Shown: positions 14,172-34,262 of the stretch, piece after piece
Layout of the letters: every line of letters starts with the position of its first letter
Position numbering within the stretch: position 1 is the first letter of the stretch
Source: the human T2T-CHM13v2.0 reference genome, Homo sapiens
Assembly (NCBI RefSeq): GCF_009914755.1
Contig: NC_060925.1
Length of the DNA stretch: 64,000 bases
Reading direction: 5' to 3' (one strand)
Translations under genes and position numbers: made by a program
The notes under the pieces: model-generated
What the model saw: only the letters and a program-made list of their open reading frames with translations
Database searches by the model: none
Told to the model about the DNA's origin: nothing

Positions 14172-14328
14172 TTTTTTTATTATACTTTAAGTTCTGGGGT
14201 ACATGTGCACAATGTGTAGGTTTGTTATATAGGTATACATGTGCGATGTTGGTTTGCTGCATCCATCAACTGGTCATTTACATTAGGTATTCCTCCTAAT
14301 GCTGTCCCTCCCCCGGCCCCCCACCCAA
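14172..14328 (-). mobile_element. Short L1PA 3'-end insertion
   Basis: L1 3' terminus flanked by TSD TAATCCTTATCTTTTT (14161-14176 and 14329-14344). Confidence 0.85.
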
Positions 14329-17085
14329 TAATCCTTATCTTTTTAACAATTAAGAAAAAAGCATGATCATAGTTATTTAAAATCACTTGGCTAAATTAGA
14401 AAATTAAATTTTGTAATATCTGCTTCTAAGCATAATACACTTTTGATTACATAAAGTTAGATTTATTTATATCCATAAATCTATGGTATTATGAGATATA
14501 GATAATTTCATTCAGGTCACCATCTGATTTTTTAAAACTCAAATAGTTTCTAAATTATCAAAATTATTTTCTAATCCAGTTGTTTTCTTCTCCTTGGTCT
14601 AGTATTAATGAAGTATTTTACTGAAGTTAATTTATAATTTGAAATGTAATAGTTTTTGCAAGTTAATTGAAATTACTGATAAGGAAAAAGAATCTAGACG
14701 CTATTTAAATTTATACAGGCCATGCAAAACAGAAACCAGGCTCATGTCTTTGTTCCTGGTGTCTCCTATGTCTAGCAGGGAGCACAATATTCATTCTATA
14801 GAGTGGTGTTCTACAATGCCCTATTTGTTTCAAACTCAATGTTACTACTAATTTAACATCTTCTTACATCATTTTGTTTTGCTCATGTTATAAAAGATTA
14901 TTTATCTCTGTAGGTATGGAATATCCAGTATGTATTTTAAAATTTCTGAAACCACTGAGAACAATAAAAACATATTTAATAGATTATTATTTGTGAAGAT
15001 AATTACCATCATTCTGGTCACTGTGAAGAGTAAGCTCTCTTTGCTGTTTTTTCCTTCTTCCTCCATATCTCTGTTTCTTTGATGTTCACTAAAAATGGTT
15101 AGCATTGCTTGGTACTGAAACATCAGAGTCTGTTTCTAAATCTAGAGGCTGTATCTATTTGTGTTCAGGAAATTTTCTCTTCATATTATGTAAAAACAAT
15201 ACATATCTCCATTTTTCCTGATATCTCCAGCCCCTGCTCTTGTCTCATTGTACCCACCAAACTCCCACTTCCATCAGTCCTGCTGATTATCAATACAACT
15301 TTGTTAGTGGACATTCAAGACTATCTGCAACTATTATTGCTTACACCCTAATCATAATAATGTGTAACTTTTTTTCCTTTCATATATATATATATAATTG
15401 TATACAGACACATACATACACATACATAATTTAACCATTTAATGAGGCCATTTGTACTTACATCAATGTAATTCTAGAACAAAATACCAGAAGCAAAATG
15501 TATAATAGCATAAAACCTCAACATTGGTTCATTTTGAAGAATGTAGATATGGTATTAATTCAACAATAACTCAATTCACACACATATCTTTGTATCAGCC
15601 TTATATTGTTTTATGCTTTTTAAACTTGTACTATAGGCTTCTACCTGCAGCCTCCACTACGTGTACCTTATGTGCGCGTGTGTGTACGCACACATACACA
15701 CACACACACACACAAACGAACTATCTATTTTTTTGGGTACTTAGATGACACTTTAGTTCTGCAATCTTACTGGTATTTCTGGCCATATCATGGTTCCTTG
15801 GTTTTGGGATTAGAACAAGTTCCTCTGGCAGTATGGGTCCAATTAGGAGACAGAAAGTACAAGGGGATTTTTAAAAGGAGACATTTATTATACAGAATTA
15901 CTGTCTATAATAAAGTGTAACTATAATGTATATCATTTTAAAACTCTGTATAATATTTGGAATTTCTTGACCTAGGGCAAGGGAGAGTACCCAAAAAAGA
16001 CAAAGTTGAAAAACGTACACAGCTCACTGGAGAAAGGATGGTTCAAAGCAGTAAAGTTTGCTGGTTTAGCCAGGGCAGAGCTGGTATAGAGCTGCTGGGA
16101 AAAAAACAGGAAACTGTCCAGAGTGCAGTCCAGAGAGCAGGCAAGCAACAAGCAGTGACCTGGGAATATAGCTGAAGTCCAGGTGCCAATGGAGGTAGAA
16201 GGACTTCAGAATACAGAGGCTAAATACCATGACAGCAGTGAACTTACAGAAGGAGCTACTGCTCAGCATGTGACTTTCTGGGCCACAGACACTATTGAGC
16301 ATGTTACACAGGCCTTTGTTTCCATGGCAACAGGACTACAGGAAGGTTATGGCCAGACTGACATAGACAGTGTTCTAGGTATCTTCCTGAGGAAGGATCT
16401 ACTAGAAATTATGGTACTCAAACCTCTCTGACACCCTGCAGAGATTGTAGAAAGTGTCTTCTCCCAGCGGAGTCCCTCTAGTACTAAATACTGAAAAAGC
16501 CTAATGTCATGTTCACTTTAAATGAAAAACACTCAAAGAAATTCCATTGTTCACCACAGAAATTATATTAAAGGATGCACTTGGAGCTGAAGGACAATAG
16601 ATTGAACATTGACACTCTATTGTTTTGGCCAGTCAGCTTCCATATGCATCTTTCAATACATGTTTTACCTTTTTTGTAACAGCAAAACAATTCTATATTC
16701 CTGTATAGCAATATATATCTGTAGCTCTTTCAAGTAAAGAAGTTCTCACTCTTCCCTAGAATAAGAAGACTCACAATCCTAACAATCATTTATATATTGT
16801 GGGCTATATTAATTTTTTCCAACTTAGTCATGGTCTCACTGAATACATTATCACCTAAGGACTAAGTTGTAAAATTTACCTCCCATAAGTCTTACATAAT
16901 TTTTAAGTGAGAAGCTATAGAAAAATAGAATGATTAGTATATGTACAAATAAACACCTGCATGTAACAAGCATAGAGAAAATATGAAATGCCATCACAAT
17001 CCTCATTTCTATAACTGGATATTAATTTGTAATTAATATTTATCGCTTCTTTCTTCAATCTGTTCCATGTAATACCCTGAGCTTT

Positions 17086-19040
17086 CTTTTAAATCATACT
17101 TTAAGTTCGAGGGTACATGTGCACAACGTGCAGGTTCATTACATATGTATACATGTGCCATGTTGGTGTGCTGCACCCATTAACTCATCATTTACATTAG
17201 GTATATCTCCTAATGCTATCCCTTCCCCCTCCCTCCACCCCATGACAGGCCCCGGTGTGTGATGTTCCCCTTCCTGTGTCCAAGTGTTCTCATTGTTCAA
17301 TTCCCACCTATGAGTGGGAACATGCGGTGTTTGTTTTTCTGTTCTTGCGATAGTTTGCTGAGAATGATGGTTTCCAGCTTCATCCATGTCCCTGCAAAGG
17401 ACATGAACTCATCCTTTTTATGGCTGCATGGTATTCCATGGTGTATATGTGCCACATTTTCGTAATCCAGTCTATCATTGTTGGACATTTGGGTTGGTTC
17501 CAAGTCTTTGCTATTGTGAATAGTGCTGCAATAAACATACGTGTGCATGTGTCTTTATAGCAGCCTGACTTATAGTCCTTTGGGTATATACCCAGTAATG
17601 GGATGGCTGGGTCAAATGGTATTTCTAGTTCTAGATCCCTGAGGAATCGCCACACTGTCTTCCACAATGGTTGAACTAATTTACACTTCCACCAACAGTG
17701 TAAAAGTGTTCCTATTTCTCCACATCCTCTCCAGCACCTGTTGTTTCCTGACTTTTTAATGATTGCCATTCTAACTGGTGTGAGATGGTATCTCATTGTG
17801 GTTTTGATTTGCATTTCTCTGATGGCCAGTGATGATGAGCATTTTTTCATGTGTCTTTTGGCTGCATAAATGTCTTCTTTTGAGAAGTGTCTGTTCATAT
17901 TCTTTGCCCACTTTTTGATGGGGTTGTTTGTTTTTTTCTTGTAAGTTTGTTTGAGTTCTTTGTAGATTCTGGATATTAGCTCTTTGTCAGATGAATAGAT
18001 TGCAAAAATTTTCTCCCATTTTGTAGGTTGCCTGTCCACTCTAATGGTAGTTTCTTTTGCTGTGCAGAAGCTCTTTAGTTTAATTAGATCCCATTTGTCA
18101 ATTTTGGCTTTTGTTGCCATTGCTTTTGGTGTTTTAGACATGAAGTCCTTGCCCATGCCTATGTCCTGAATGGTGTTGCCTAGGTTTTTGACTAGGTTTT
18201 CTTCGAGGGTTTTTATGGTTTTAGGTCTAACGTTTAAGTCTTTAATCTATCTTGAATTAATTTTTGTATAAGGTGTTAAGGAAGGGATCCAGTTTCAGCT
18301 TTCTACATATGGCTTGCCAGTTTTCCCAGCACCATTTATTAAATAGGGAATCCTTTCCCCATTGCTTGTTTTTGTCAGGTTTGTCAAAGATCAGATGGTT
18401 GTAGATGTGTGGTATTATTTCTGAGGGCTCTGTTCTGTTCCATTGGTCTGCATCTCTGTTTTGGTACCAGCACCATGCTGTTTTGGTTACTGTAGCCTTG
18501 TAGTATAGTTTGAAGTCAGGTAGCGTGATGCCTCCAGCTTTGTTCTTTTGGCTTACGATTGTCTTGGCAATGCAGGCCCTTTTTTGGTTCCATATGAACT
18601 TTAAAGTAGTTTTTTCCAATTCTGTGAAGAAAGTCATTGGTAGCTTGATGGGGATGGCATTGAATCTATAAATTACCTTTGGCAGTATGGCCATTTTCAT
18701 GATATTGATTCTTCCTATCCATGAGCATGGAATGTTCTTCCATTTGTTTGTGTCCTCTTTTATTTTGTTGAGCAGTGGTTTGCAGTTCTCCTTGAAGAGG
18801 TCCTTCACATCCCTTGTAAGTTGGATTCCTAGGTATTTTATTCTCTTTGAAGCAATTTGAATGGGAGTTCACTCATGATTTGGCTCTCTGTTTGTCTGCT
18901 ATTTGTGTATAGGAATGCTTGTGATTTTTGCACATTGATTTTGTATCCTGAGACTTTGCTGAAGTTGCTTATCAGCTTAAGGAGATTTTGGGCTGAGACT
19001 ATGGGGTTTTCTAAATATACAATCATGTCATCTGCAAACA
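17086..19040 (-). mobile_element. 5'-truncated LINE-1 (L1PA4/5-like)
   Basis: ORF2 C-terminal ORFs at 17380-18156, 18257-18808 and 18838-19041, plus L1PA 3'UTR. Confidence 0.9.
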
Positions 19041-21075
19041 CATTCTTTACTAGGTAAAGTGACCCAAACCTTTATTTTCAAATGTTATGAGTCATCAGTC
19101 ATTCTGCATTTTTTTATTTGTGTGATTTTACAGTTATTTATATTGTCAGTCATGAAAATATTAAAAGTTACACTAGCGAATTCCCTGGGCCCGACTTACA
19201 GAATTTCTTCCGTTTATTGGATAGCAGCAACCAAAGTTTTGCCTAGGTAGGCAGTATCAATCACCGCATTCCATAAATTGAGCTCTCTTTTTATTTATAG
19301 GTTCAGTGTCATAAGGGGCATTAAATGGTTGAATGTCAGTTTCATCTTCTAATTCAGGGCAACTGTAGCTGCATTCACAATGGAATAATTTTCCCCTTAT
19401 GGAACAAAATCTTTAAACCAACAGAGGTCAAAATGTCTAGGACAGAAAGTACATATTCTGTAAATGGATAATTAAATATAATGATGAGAGAAGCCACACC
19501 GTTTCTATTACTTCATTCTCAGATCATGGGTTCTGGCCAGGAAGGAGGCAGAATTCTACAAGCAAAAAGAATACCCTGTAAAGCAGAACCGCATGTGTTC
19601 AAGGGGTTTTATCCTGAGTGGTGCTGCAATTAAATTTTTTATAATCAATTCCACCCTTCAACTAGGTAAACTTCTTCTTGGCAATGAGGTATATGGTATG
19701 ACAAGTTGATTCCAAGACCATAAACCCGTTCTTAAACTTCCTTTGCTGTGAAATAATTCCTTTGATCTAATTCACTTTTCCACTGGATACCATGATAGTG
19801 GATTAGACATTCTGTGAATCCACAATAGTGGTGCTGGCAGAGCATTATGATCAACGAAGGCAAATCCACATAAAAAATATGTGCTTATTCCAGTAAGGAC
19901 AAATGTCTGTTCCATTATGGAATAGGTCTAATGGGGGAAGTCTGGTACCCAGGGTAATAATAGGATGTAGGGAACTCAGTGTTGTTCTGCGCTATCTTCA
20001 GATTAAGCACTCAGTAATAGGAGTAACCAGGTGATTTTGATAAGGGAAAGTTTAGAATGTTGATCCCAGGCATAGCTTTCATCCATGCCACTACGGTCAT
20101 TTTGTTCAAAAACCATTAACCAGGAAAAGAAGCTGACTACTTTTTATAGAGCACATAATTTCATTCAATGGTGGATAAGAGTCTCCTGTGGGACAGATGC
20201 CCTTGCATTGTATAAAACACAGGTATCTTCACAATCCATGCCAATTATGGGAGGTTTATCCACATACTTCTTCATCAAAATTCCTTGCCACCAATCTTCT
20301 CATTTTCTTCGTCCAACTTCTTGACTGTTAGCAAAACCATTCATCACTGATGTGTACAGCAGTTGTGCTGCAGCCTGATCCTTCAGCAGAGACTTTCCTT
20401 GCTCTAGTCTCCACTCAAAACAGCCTTACAGCGACTTTTTACATGAGTCAATGTAAAACACTCAAATGTGGTCCGTGCTGCTTCCAAAATCCAAACATTT
20501 TGCCTATTTCTTTGTCCTGGTGGGTAAATCAACTTGTTTTCCATCTTGGAGGGAAGCTCTCATTATGTTTTAAATCACTGTGACCTTCACTGAGATGGTG
20601 AGTTCTTTAAACTGACTGGGGCTATTTTCTAGCCTCTTATTTTAATATTCCTTATTAAAGCATTTAAAGTCCTTGCTACTTTCTACTAAACAGAACCAAT
20701 CAGCCTAAGTTAATCAAAGAGTCAACCAATGTGATGATCTTTCGAATATCAAAAGAATAAATACTTCAGCAAACCATATTATAGCAAAGAGCAGAGAAAT
20801 TTGTGTATCCCTGAGGTGCTATATTGCTGGCCCTGACAAGTAAAAGCAAATTGCCTTTGGTGGTAGTTATATACTGTTATAGAGAGATTAGAAAACAAGT
20901 TAATGGCCACATACCAAGTAGCAGGAGTTGTTATAACTGACTGCAGAAAAGACCAAACATCTGAGACAGCAGCTGTTATTGGATTTCCCATGGGTTAAGT
21001 TGATGATAGCCCATACTCATATTCTAATACCCATCTGACTTCTGCACAGGCCACACTGATGAACTAAATGGGATG
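19041..21075 (-). mobile_element. Degenerate class III (ERVL-like) endogenous retrovirus pol remnant; may continue at ~15830-17085
   Basis: ORF 20779-20991 contains WYVAINL...HQRQFAFTCQGQQY, resembling ERVL reverse transcriptase (WYAAIDL...QFAFSWQGQQY). Boundaries uncertain. Confidence 0.6.
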
Positions 21076-21186
21076 TGATTGTTATCACTATTTTTTGTTT
21101 TTTTAACAAATGTCCTTTTTTTTTTTACAATTACCCCCCCTTTTTTTTTTACAACTGCCCTATATTGAGAGAAAACTTAATATTAT

Positions 21187-21358
21187 TTTTTGTTTTTGTT
21201 TTTTTAATTGGCATAGATATTTTTTCTTATAGTTCATTCTGCATTGCACTGTTTTCTTTTTTTTAATTATTATTATACTTTAAGTTTTAGAGTACATATG
21301 CACAATGTGCAAGTTAGTTACATATGTATACATGTGCCATGCTGGTGTGCTGCACCCA
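21187..21358 (-). mobile_element. Short L1PA 3' end with probable 3' transduction
   Basis: TSD AAAACTTAATATTAT at 21172-21186 and 21359-21373; two T-tracts around ~46 nt of non-L1 sequence. Confidence 0.75.
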
Positions 21359-21887
21359 AAAACTTAATATTATACTCATTTTAAAGGAATTTTTAATGAA
21401 ATTCCATGTTACAGATATTTTGAAGGGGGCATTCAGAGCTGAAATGAAATACATTGATGAATGATGAAGGTGACTCAGAAAGAAAGATTTGTTCAAAAGT
21501 CTGATGTGCTAAGCTTCTGAGTACCCTTCACATTCCATCTATCCCTCCAGACACAGTACACAATCATTCCCATTGGAGAGAAACTTTAAAATGTTATAAA
21601 GTTTGACATGTCATAACTGATGCGTTATGACTTTCTCTGTCTATAAAAACAAAGAAATCAGAGCTTCACTAAATAATGCAGTATTCAAATTGAGGGTCAA
21701 GAAATCAATTTGACACATGAGGGTGGAACAGCTAAAGGCATAGGAAAAGTAACACTAAACAATTAGAAGCAAAAGAGGTGGAGATATAACATGAAAACTC
21801 ACACACATAACATAAAATTGCAGGAAAATTTATAAACATTGCCTTGGATAAGATGCACCATTAAAAGACAGAGCTGCAAAAGATAGA

Positions 21888-22280
21888 ATTTTTTTTTTTT
21901 TTTTTTTGAGACGCAGTCTCGCCCTGTTGCCCATGCTGGAGTGCACTGGTGAAATCTTGGCTCACTGCAACCTCCACCTTTTGTGTTCAAGCGATTCTCC
22001 TATGTGAAACTCCCGAGTAACAGGGACTACAGGTGCACGCCACCACGCCTGGCTAATTTTTGTATATATACGTATATATATATATATATACGTATATATA
22101 CATATATACGTATATATATATATATATATACACATATATATATGTATATATATATGTATATATATATATATATTTTTTTTATAGTAGAGACGGGATTCCA
22201 CCATGTTGGCCAGGCTGGTCGAACTCCTGACCTCAGGTGATCCGACTGCCTCAGCCTCCCAACACGTTGGGATTACAGGC
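21888..22280 (-). mobile_element. AluS element with a (TA)n-rich microsatellite expanded in its central linker (22063-22172)
   Basis: Two Alu arms separated by ~110 nt of TA/CA/CG dinucleotides. Confidence 0.92.
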
Positions 22281-22591
22281 GTGAGCCACCACGCCCATCC
22301 AAAAGATTGATTTTTAAGATGATTTACATATGCTTAAGAAAAGCTGCATAAAATTACAGAGAAATATTTTTGTTGGGCAAATTTTAAAAAGCAATTCAGA
22401 CCTGCTAATTCAATATAACATGAAATAAAATGCAATGTAAAATGAAATAAAATTATCAATGAAAGATATTTCATAATGAAAAATTAGTAACAAAAAAGAT
22501 ACAACTATAAACTTGTAAGAACTAAGAAGTTTATTTTCAACAAAAAACCCAAAAATAGAAATGCAAGGAAATATTGATACTTCCACATTAT

Positions 22592-22965
22592 TTTTTTAAC
22601 TTTTATTTTAGTTCAGGGCACATGTGCGGGTTTGTTATATAGGTACATTTTGTGTTATGGGAGTTTGATGTAGAGATTTCATCAACCAGGTAATAAACAA
22701 CGTAACTGATAGGAAGTTCTCGCTCATAAGTGGGAGGTGAACAATGAGACCACATGGACACAGGGAGGGGAACATCACACACTGGGGCCTTTCAGGCTAT
22801 AGGTGGCCAGGGGAGGGATAACATTAGGAGAAATACCTAATGTAGATGGTATGCTTGTTGATGGGTGCAGCAAACCACCACGGCACGTGTATAGCTATGT
22901 AATAAATCTGCACGTTCTGCACATGTATCCCAGAACTTAAAGTACAACTGAAAAAAATAAAAAAA
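22592..22965. mobile_element. Two L1 3' ends of opposite orientation joined at ~22714
   Basis: Older L1PA-type end on the minus strand; L1PA7/8-like end with poly(A) on the plus strand. Confidence 0.7.
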
Positions 22966-23699
22966 GAGGAATAACAAAGAAAGGCAACACATCATCTGAC
23001 TTTGATTATTTTGCTATGTAAGAATTATTATTGGGATATTGGCAAAATTTTAATAGGGTCTGTAGACTAGATGGTAGTAATGTACCGATGGTAACTTCAT
23101 GGTTTGGGTGGTTTTATTCGTTTCTTATGTTGGAGAAAGGTCTCTATTTGTAGCAAAGCCTCTAAGGTATTATTAACAAGTGATGGTTCAAATCTCAAAT
23201 GGTTCAGAGAAGAAAAGTTTTGTGTTGTTATTGCAACTTTTGAACAACTTTGAGAATGTTTCCAAACAAGCCTTAAAACTACATATTTGAAAAAAGAGCT
23301 CATTTGCTATAAAATTAAAATTACACTTTCCATATTACAGAGATGCAGTTTATATTTTCTCCAATAGAAATTGTAAAATCGAAGACTACCAGTTGATCTG
23401 GCTTTGAAATTTCAGTAAGATGCAAAAAAATGTACTGCTAAAGATAATAAAACTATCAATTAAATTTAGTAAAGTTGCTAGATGCAAATCAATGTAATAA
23501 CTACTATTTTGTTTTTATGTCAACAAATAAATAAAATAAAATTACAAAGTTACAACTACTTACGACAATGTCACAAAACATTATATACCCAAAAGATGTG
23601 CCAAGTCCCTGTTTTAGGTCCTTAAGACATAACAGAAAACAACAGAGAAAACACCAACAATTACTTTTATGTAGTTGACATCCAGAGTCAGTTTTGCTA

Positions 23700-23875
23700 G
23701 ACGGTCAAATTAAGCAAATCAAGACACAGGACAAGAGTTACATTTGAATATCAGATAAATAACAAAGAATTTATTAGTATAAGTTTGCTAAAAAATACTG
23801 CATGGAACAGAATAATATTTCATTGTTTATCTGAAATTCAAATTTAATTGGGTACTACTTATTTTGTGGTAACAA
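23700..23875. mobile_element. MER53-like palindromic MITE
   Basis: Inverted arms ATTTGAATATCAGATAAATAA and TTGTTTATCTGAAATTCAAAT. Confidence 0.65.
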
Positions 23876-24382
23876 TATTCAGGTGGTAGACCAAACAATT
23901 CAAAAGTGTATCAATAGTTACTTTTGGCTAAGCATAAAGAGCATTAGAAATTTAAATATCTTCCTGCTGACAATATAAATTATTACAGTCTGCGAGAAGT
24001 GTGGAAATTTTGTAAAATTCATACATGAAAACTCTTTTTCACCATAATTCCACTTCTCATTTATTTTCTGGATAGACTTGAGCATATATCTGAAGGAAAA
24101 TATGAACCCAAGAAATAGCATTGCTTTTAATTTTCCAACAAGAGAAGAAATAGAAGGCTGTAATTTATTAAAACTGAAAAAAGCACAGCTACATGTGGCT
24201 ACATGTTTCAACATGGAAGAAGTCCACTGAGATTTCTGAAAGAAAGAGCATAGCTTACAAAATCGTACTTTTTACTAATAAATGCAGACATTAAAGACAT
24301 AAAGAGCCCCGTGTCGTGCTGCCCCTCCTGACTAGGCCTCCGGGCCCGCCTTGGCCTCTGTCCCTTAAGTGGACGCAATTGC

Positions 24383-25555
24383 GGCGGCTCCAGTCCTCAG
24401 GGGACTCCAGTCCTCAGGGGGCTCCAGTCCTCAGGGGGGTGCTCCAGTCCTCAGGGGGGCGTTCCAGTCCTCAGGTGGCTCCAGTCCTCAGGGTGCTCCA
24501 GTCCTCAGGGGGCTCGAGTCCTCAGGCGGCTCCAGTACTCAGGGGGCTCCAGTCCTCAGGGGGCTCCAGTCCTCAGGGCGGCTCCAGTCCTCAGGGGGCT
24601 CCAGTCCTCAGTGTGCTCCAGTCTTCAGGCAGCTCCAGTCCTCAGGGGGCTCCAGTCCTCGGGGGGCTCCAATCCTCGGGGGGCTCCAGTCCTCAGGGCT
24701 GCTCCAGTCCTCAGGGGGCTCCAGTCTTCAGGCGGCTCCAGTCCTCAGGGTGCTCCAGTCCTCAGGGGGCTCCAGTCCTCAGGGGGCTCCATTCCTCAGG
24801 GGGCTCCAGTCTTCAGGCGGCTCCAGTCCTCAGGGTGCTCCAGTCCTCAGGGGGCTCCAGTCTTCAGGCGGCTCCAGTCCTCAGGCGGCTCCAGTCCTCA
24901 GGGGGCTCCAGTCCTCAGGGGGCTCCATTCCTCAGGGGGCTCCAGTCTTCAGGTGGCTCCAGTCCTCAGGGTGCTCCAGTCCTCAGGGGGCTCCAGTCCT
25001 CAGGGCGGCTCCATTCCTCAGGGGGTTCCAGTCTTCAGGCGGCTCCAGTCCTCAGGGTGCTCCAGTCCTCAGGGGGCTCCAGTCCTCAGGGCGGCTCCAG
25101 TCCTCAGGGGGCTCCAGTCCTCAGGGGGCTCCAGTCCTCAGGGTGGCTCCAGTCCTCAGGGGGCTCCAGTCCTCAGGCGGCTCCAGTCCTCAGGGGGCTC
25201 CAGTCTTCAGGCGGCTCCAGTCCTCAGGGGGCTCCATTCCTCAGGGGGCTCCAGTCCTCAGGGGGCTTCAGTCCTCAGGCGGCTCCAGTCCTCAGGCGGC
25301 TCCAGTCCTCAGGGGGGCTCCAGTCTTCAAGGGTATCCAGTCCTCAGGGGGGCTCCAGTCTTCAGGCGGCTCCAGTCCTCAGGGGGCTCCAGTCCTCAGG
25401 GTGCTCCAGTCCTCAGGGGTATCCAGTCCTCAGGGGGGCTCCAGTCCTCATGGGGCTTCAGTTCTTAGGCGGCTCCAGTCCTCAGGGGGCTCCAGTCCTC
25501 AGGGGGCTCCAGTCCTCAGGCGGCTCCAGTCCTCAGGGGGCTCCAGTCCTCAGGA
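24383..25555 (+). repeat. 17-bp GC-rich VNTR (GGGGGCTCCAGTCCTCA)n, ~69 copies
   Basis: Directly visible, with interspersed variant units. Confidence 0.97.
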
Positions 25556-25563
25556 GGGCGCTC

Positions 25564-26729
25564 CAGCACCCGTGACTCGCCAGGCTCCGTCTGAGACCCG
25601 TGCTAGGCTCGCTCTGTCCCTGCGTTCCCTCGCCTCTCTCTCCAGTTGTTTTTCCCATTCTCACACCAGCACTGCACCAAGGTGAGAGGAGCCCCGCTGG
25701 AAAGGAAACATTCGGACTCCGGTTTCAGCACCTCCTCCAGAAGCACAGGATGTGCGACCTTCAGCCTTTGTGCCCACCTCCGAGCCACCAGCTCCGCAGA
25801 AGTAGCTGGGAATGGAACTGTACTCCTCCAGAGACGTCTCCTCCAGGCTCACCACGGAGCAAATTCTGTGCAGCATAAGAGAATAAACGCATGCGGAAGA
25901 GAAGGCGTTTCAGAAGCCAGTTTCCAAACGACAGATCCATTGTACTTCTCTGATGCACGTCACAAGCATTTCTCCTCAAAGGACTTCATCTATAACATCC
26001 TCACCATTAAATAAAGACAGGGCTTGTGTACTCTAGGGCAGGATGAGTAGGTCTGTGAACGTTTTCTGAAAAAATGTGATGAGAAAATTCGAGAAGAGCA
26101 TGAAGAAATCGAACACAAAACTGGCAGAACAGGATGATGCATTTGTGAAGTTCACGCTTGGTGAAATAATGTGACGCTCTGGCGCTGGCTAATACGTTTC
26201 ATGACTCACACATTCTGCATTTGCCGCTGCCTTATTCCTTGCTGACTTATTGCAAAGGGTCCCAATTTTGACATGACACAATGCCAGGATCCCTCGGTAA
26301 ATACAGGTTTCCGCACGCTCTTGTCAATGGCACCCACTCTTAGGCCCTAGCAACTGGTTTTGGAAATTTCCCCGATGTCAGCACCACTTGAATGTAGACT
26401 TTGCTACCTGTATTCATACAGTTTGGCTCCTTATTTTAATATGTTTGAAAAGAATTAAAGGGGGTATTCTAGAACATGTCCTTCACTAGTTGTGTAATAA
26501 AACTAGAATGACAATGCAGAGGAAGTTAGCGTGATTTTAATCGTATGCTACAACCAAGCTGTAACCAGTTATTAATAATTTAGAATGTAATCCCAGGACA
26601 AACCGAAGCAAATAGCCTACAGTGCTTCTTCAGAAATAGTGAAGGAAGAAGCCATTTCTGTATTCCAGGAGTTCTTGGGCATTCAGAATGGGTTTATGAT
26701 TTTTTAATAGTTTTATTTATCAGTCTTTT
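25564..26729 (+). pseudogene. AKIRIN2 processed pseudogene copy 1 (leader, decayed CDS ~25679-26204, 3'UTR). Leader probably begins ~24305; 3'UTR resumes at 32786-32910.
   Basis: Frameshifted translation follows AKIRIN2 (DVSSRLTTEQIL, KRMRKRR, CERFLKKCDEKIREEHEE, NTKLAEQDDAFVKFT, YVS-stop). No introns; many stops and frameshifts. Confidence 0.88.
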
Positions 26730-32785
<6,056 letters not shown>

Positions 32786-32910
32786 TTTATCAGTCTTTTA
32801 AACAAATGTTTGTTGCTGTATTTTTTCCAGCATATTATTGTTTTACCTCTTTTGTACTACTGGAATTTAATTGAAAGAATAAAACATTTGCTTCAAAAAA
32901 TAAAAAAAGA
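32786..32910 (+). pseudogene. Distal 3'UTR and poly(A) remnant of AKIRIN2 retrocopy 1, separated by the L1PA2 insertion
   Basis: Aligns with 55560-55685 of copy 2. AATAAA at 32878 is followed by an A-rich tail. Confidence 0.8.
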
Positions 32911-33008
32911 AGTGAGACTATTTAACAAAAAATACAGGCTTTTGTTATCTCTGGAGGCATAGAAAAAAGGACATACATTCAGGGTATGTGCACACAGACT
33001 TCTATTAA

Positions 33009-33644
<636 letters not shown>

Positions 33645-33830
33645 TAAAGACTTCAGGTACTCAAGAATATTGTTCTTCAACATTTTAAGTATATATGTAT
33701 ATATTAATCAAATGATGTAAGAAAAAATAGATAAAATTGGAAAGAGATATAGGCTTGTTTCATCTATTGTATATAATATTTTTCCCTGCAATAAGGAATA
33801 CAAAAATAAAAGTTAGCATTCTTAGATTCA

Positions 33831-34262
<432 letters not shown>

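Noticed and set aside
15957-16431. Cluster of short + strand ORFs in purine-rich sequence
   Set aside because: Probably decayed LTR/ERV sequence; no recognisable protein.
24316-25685. ORFs of 419, 438 and 285 aa rich in Ser/Gly/Pro/Gln
   Set aside because: They result from a stop-free 17-bp repeat open in all three frames, with no ATG start. Not called as genes.
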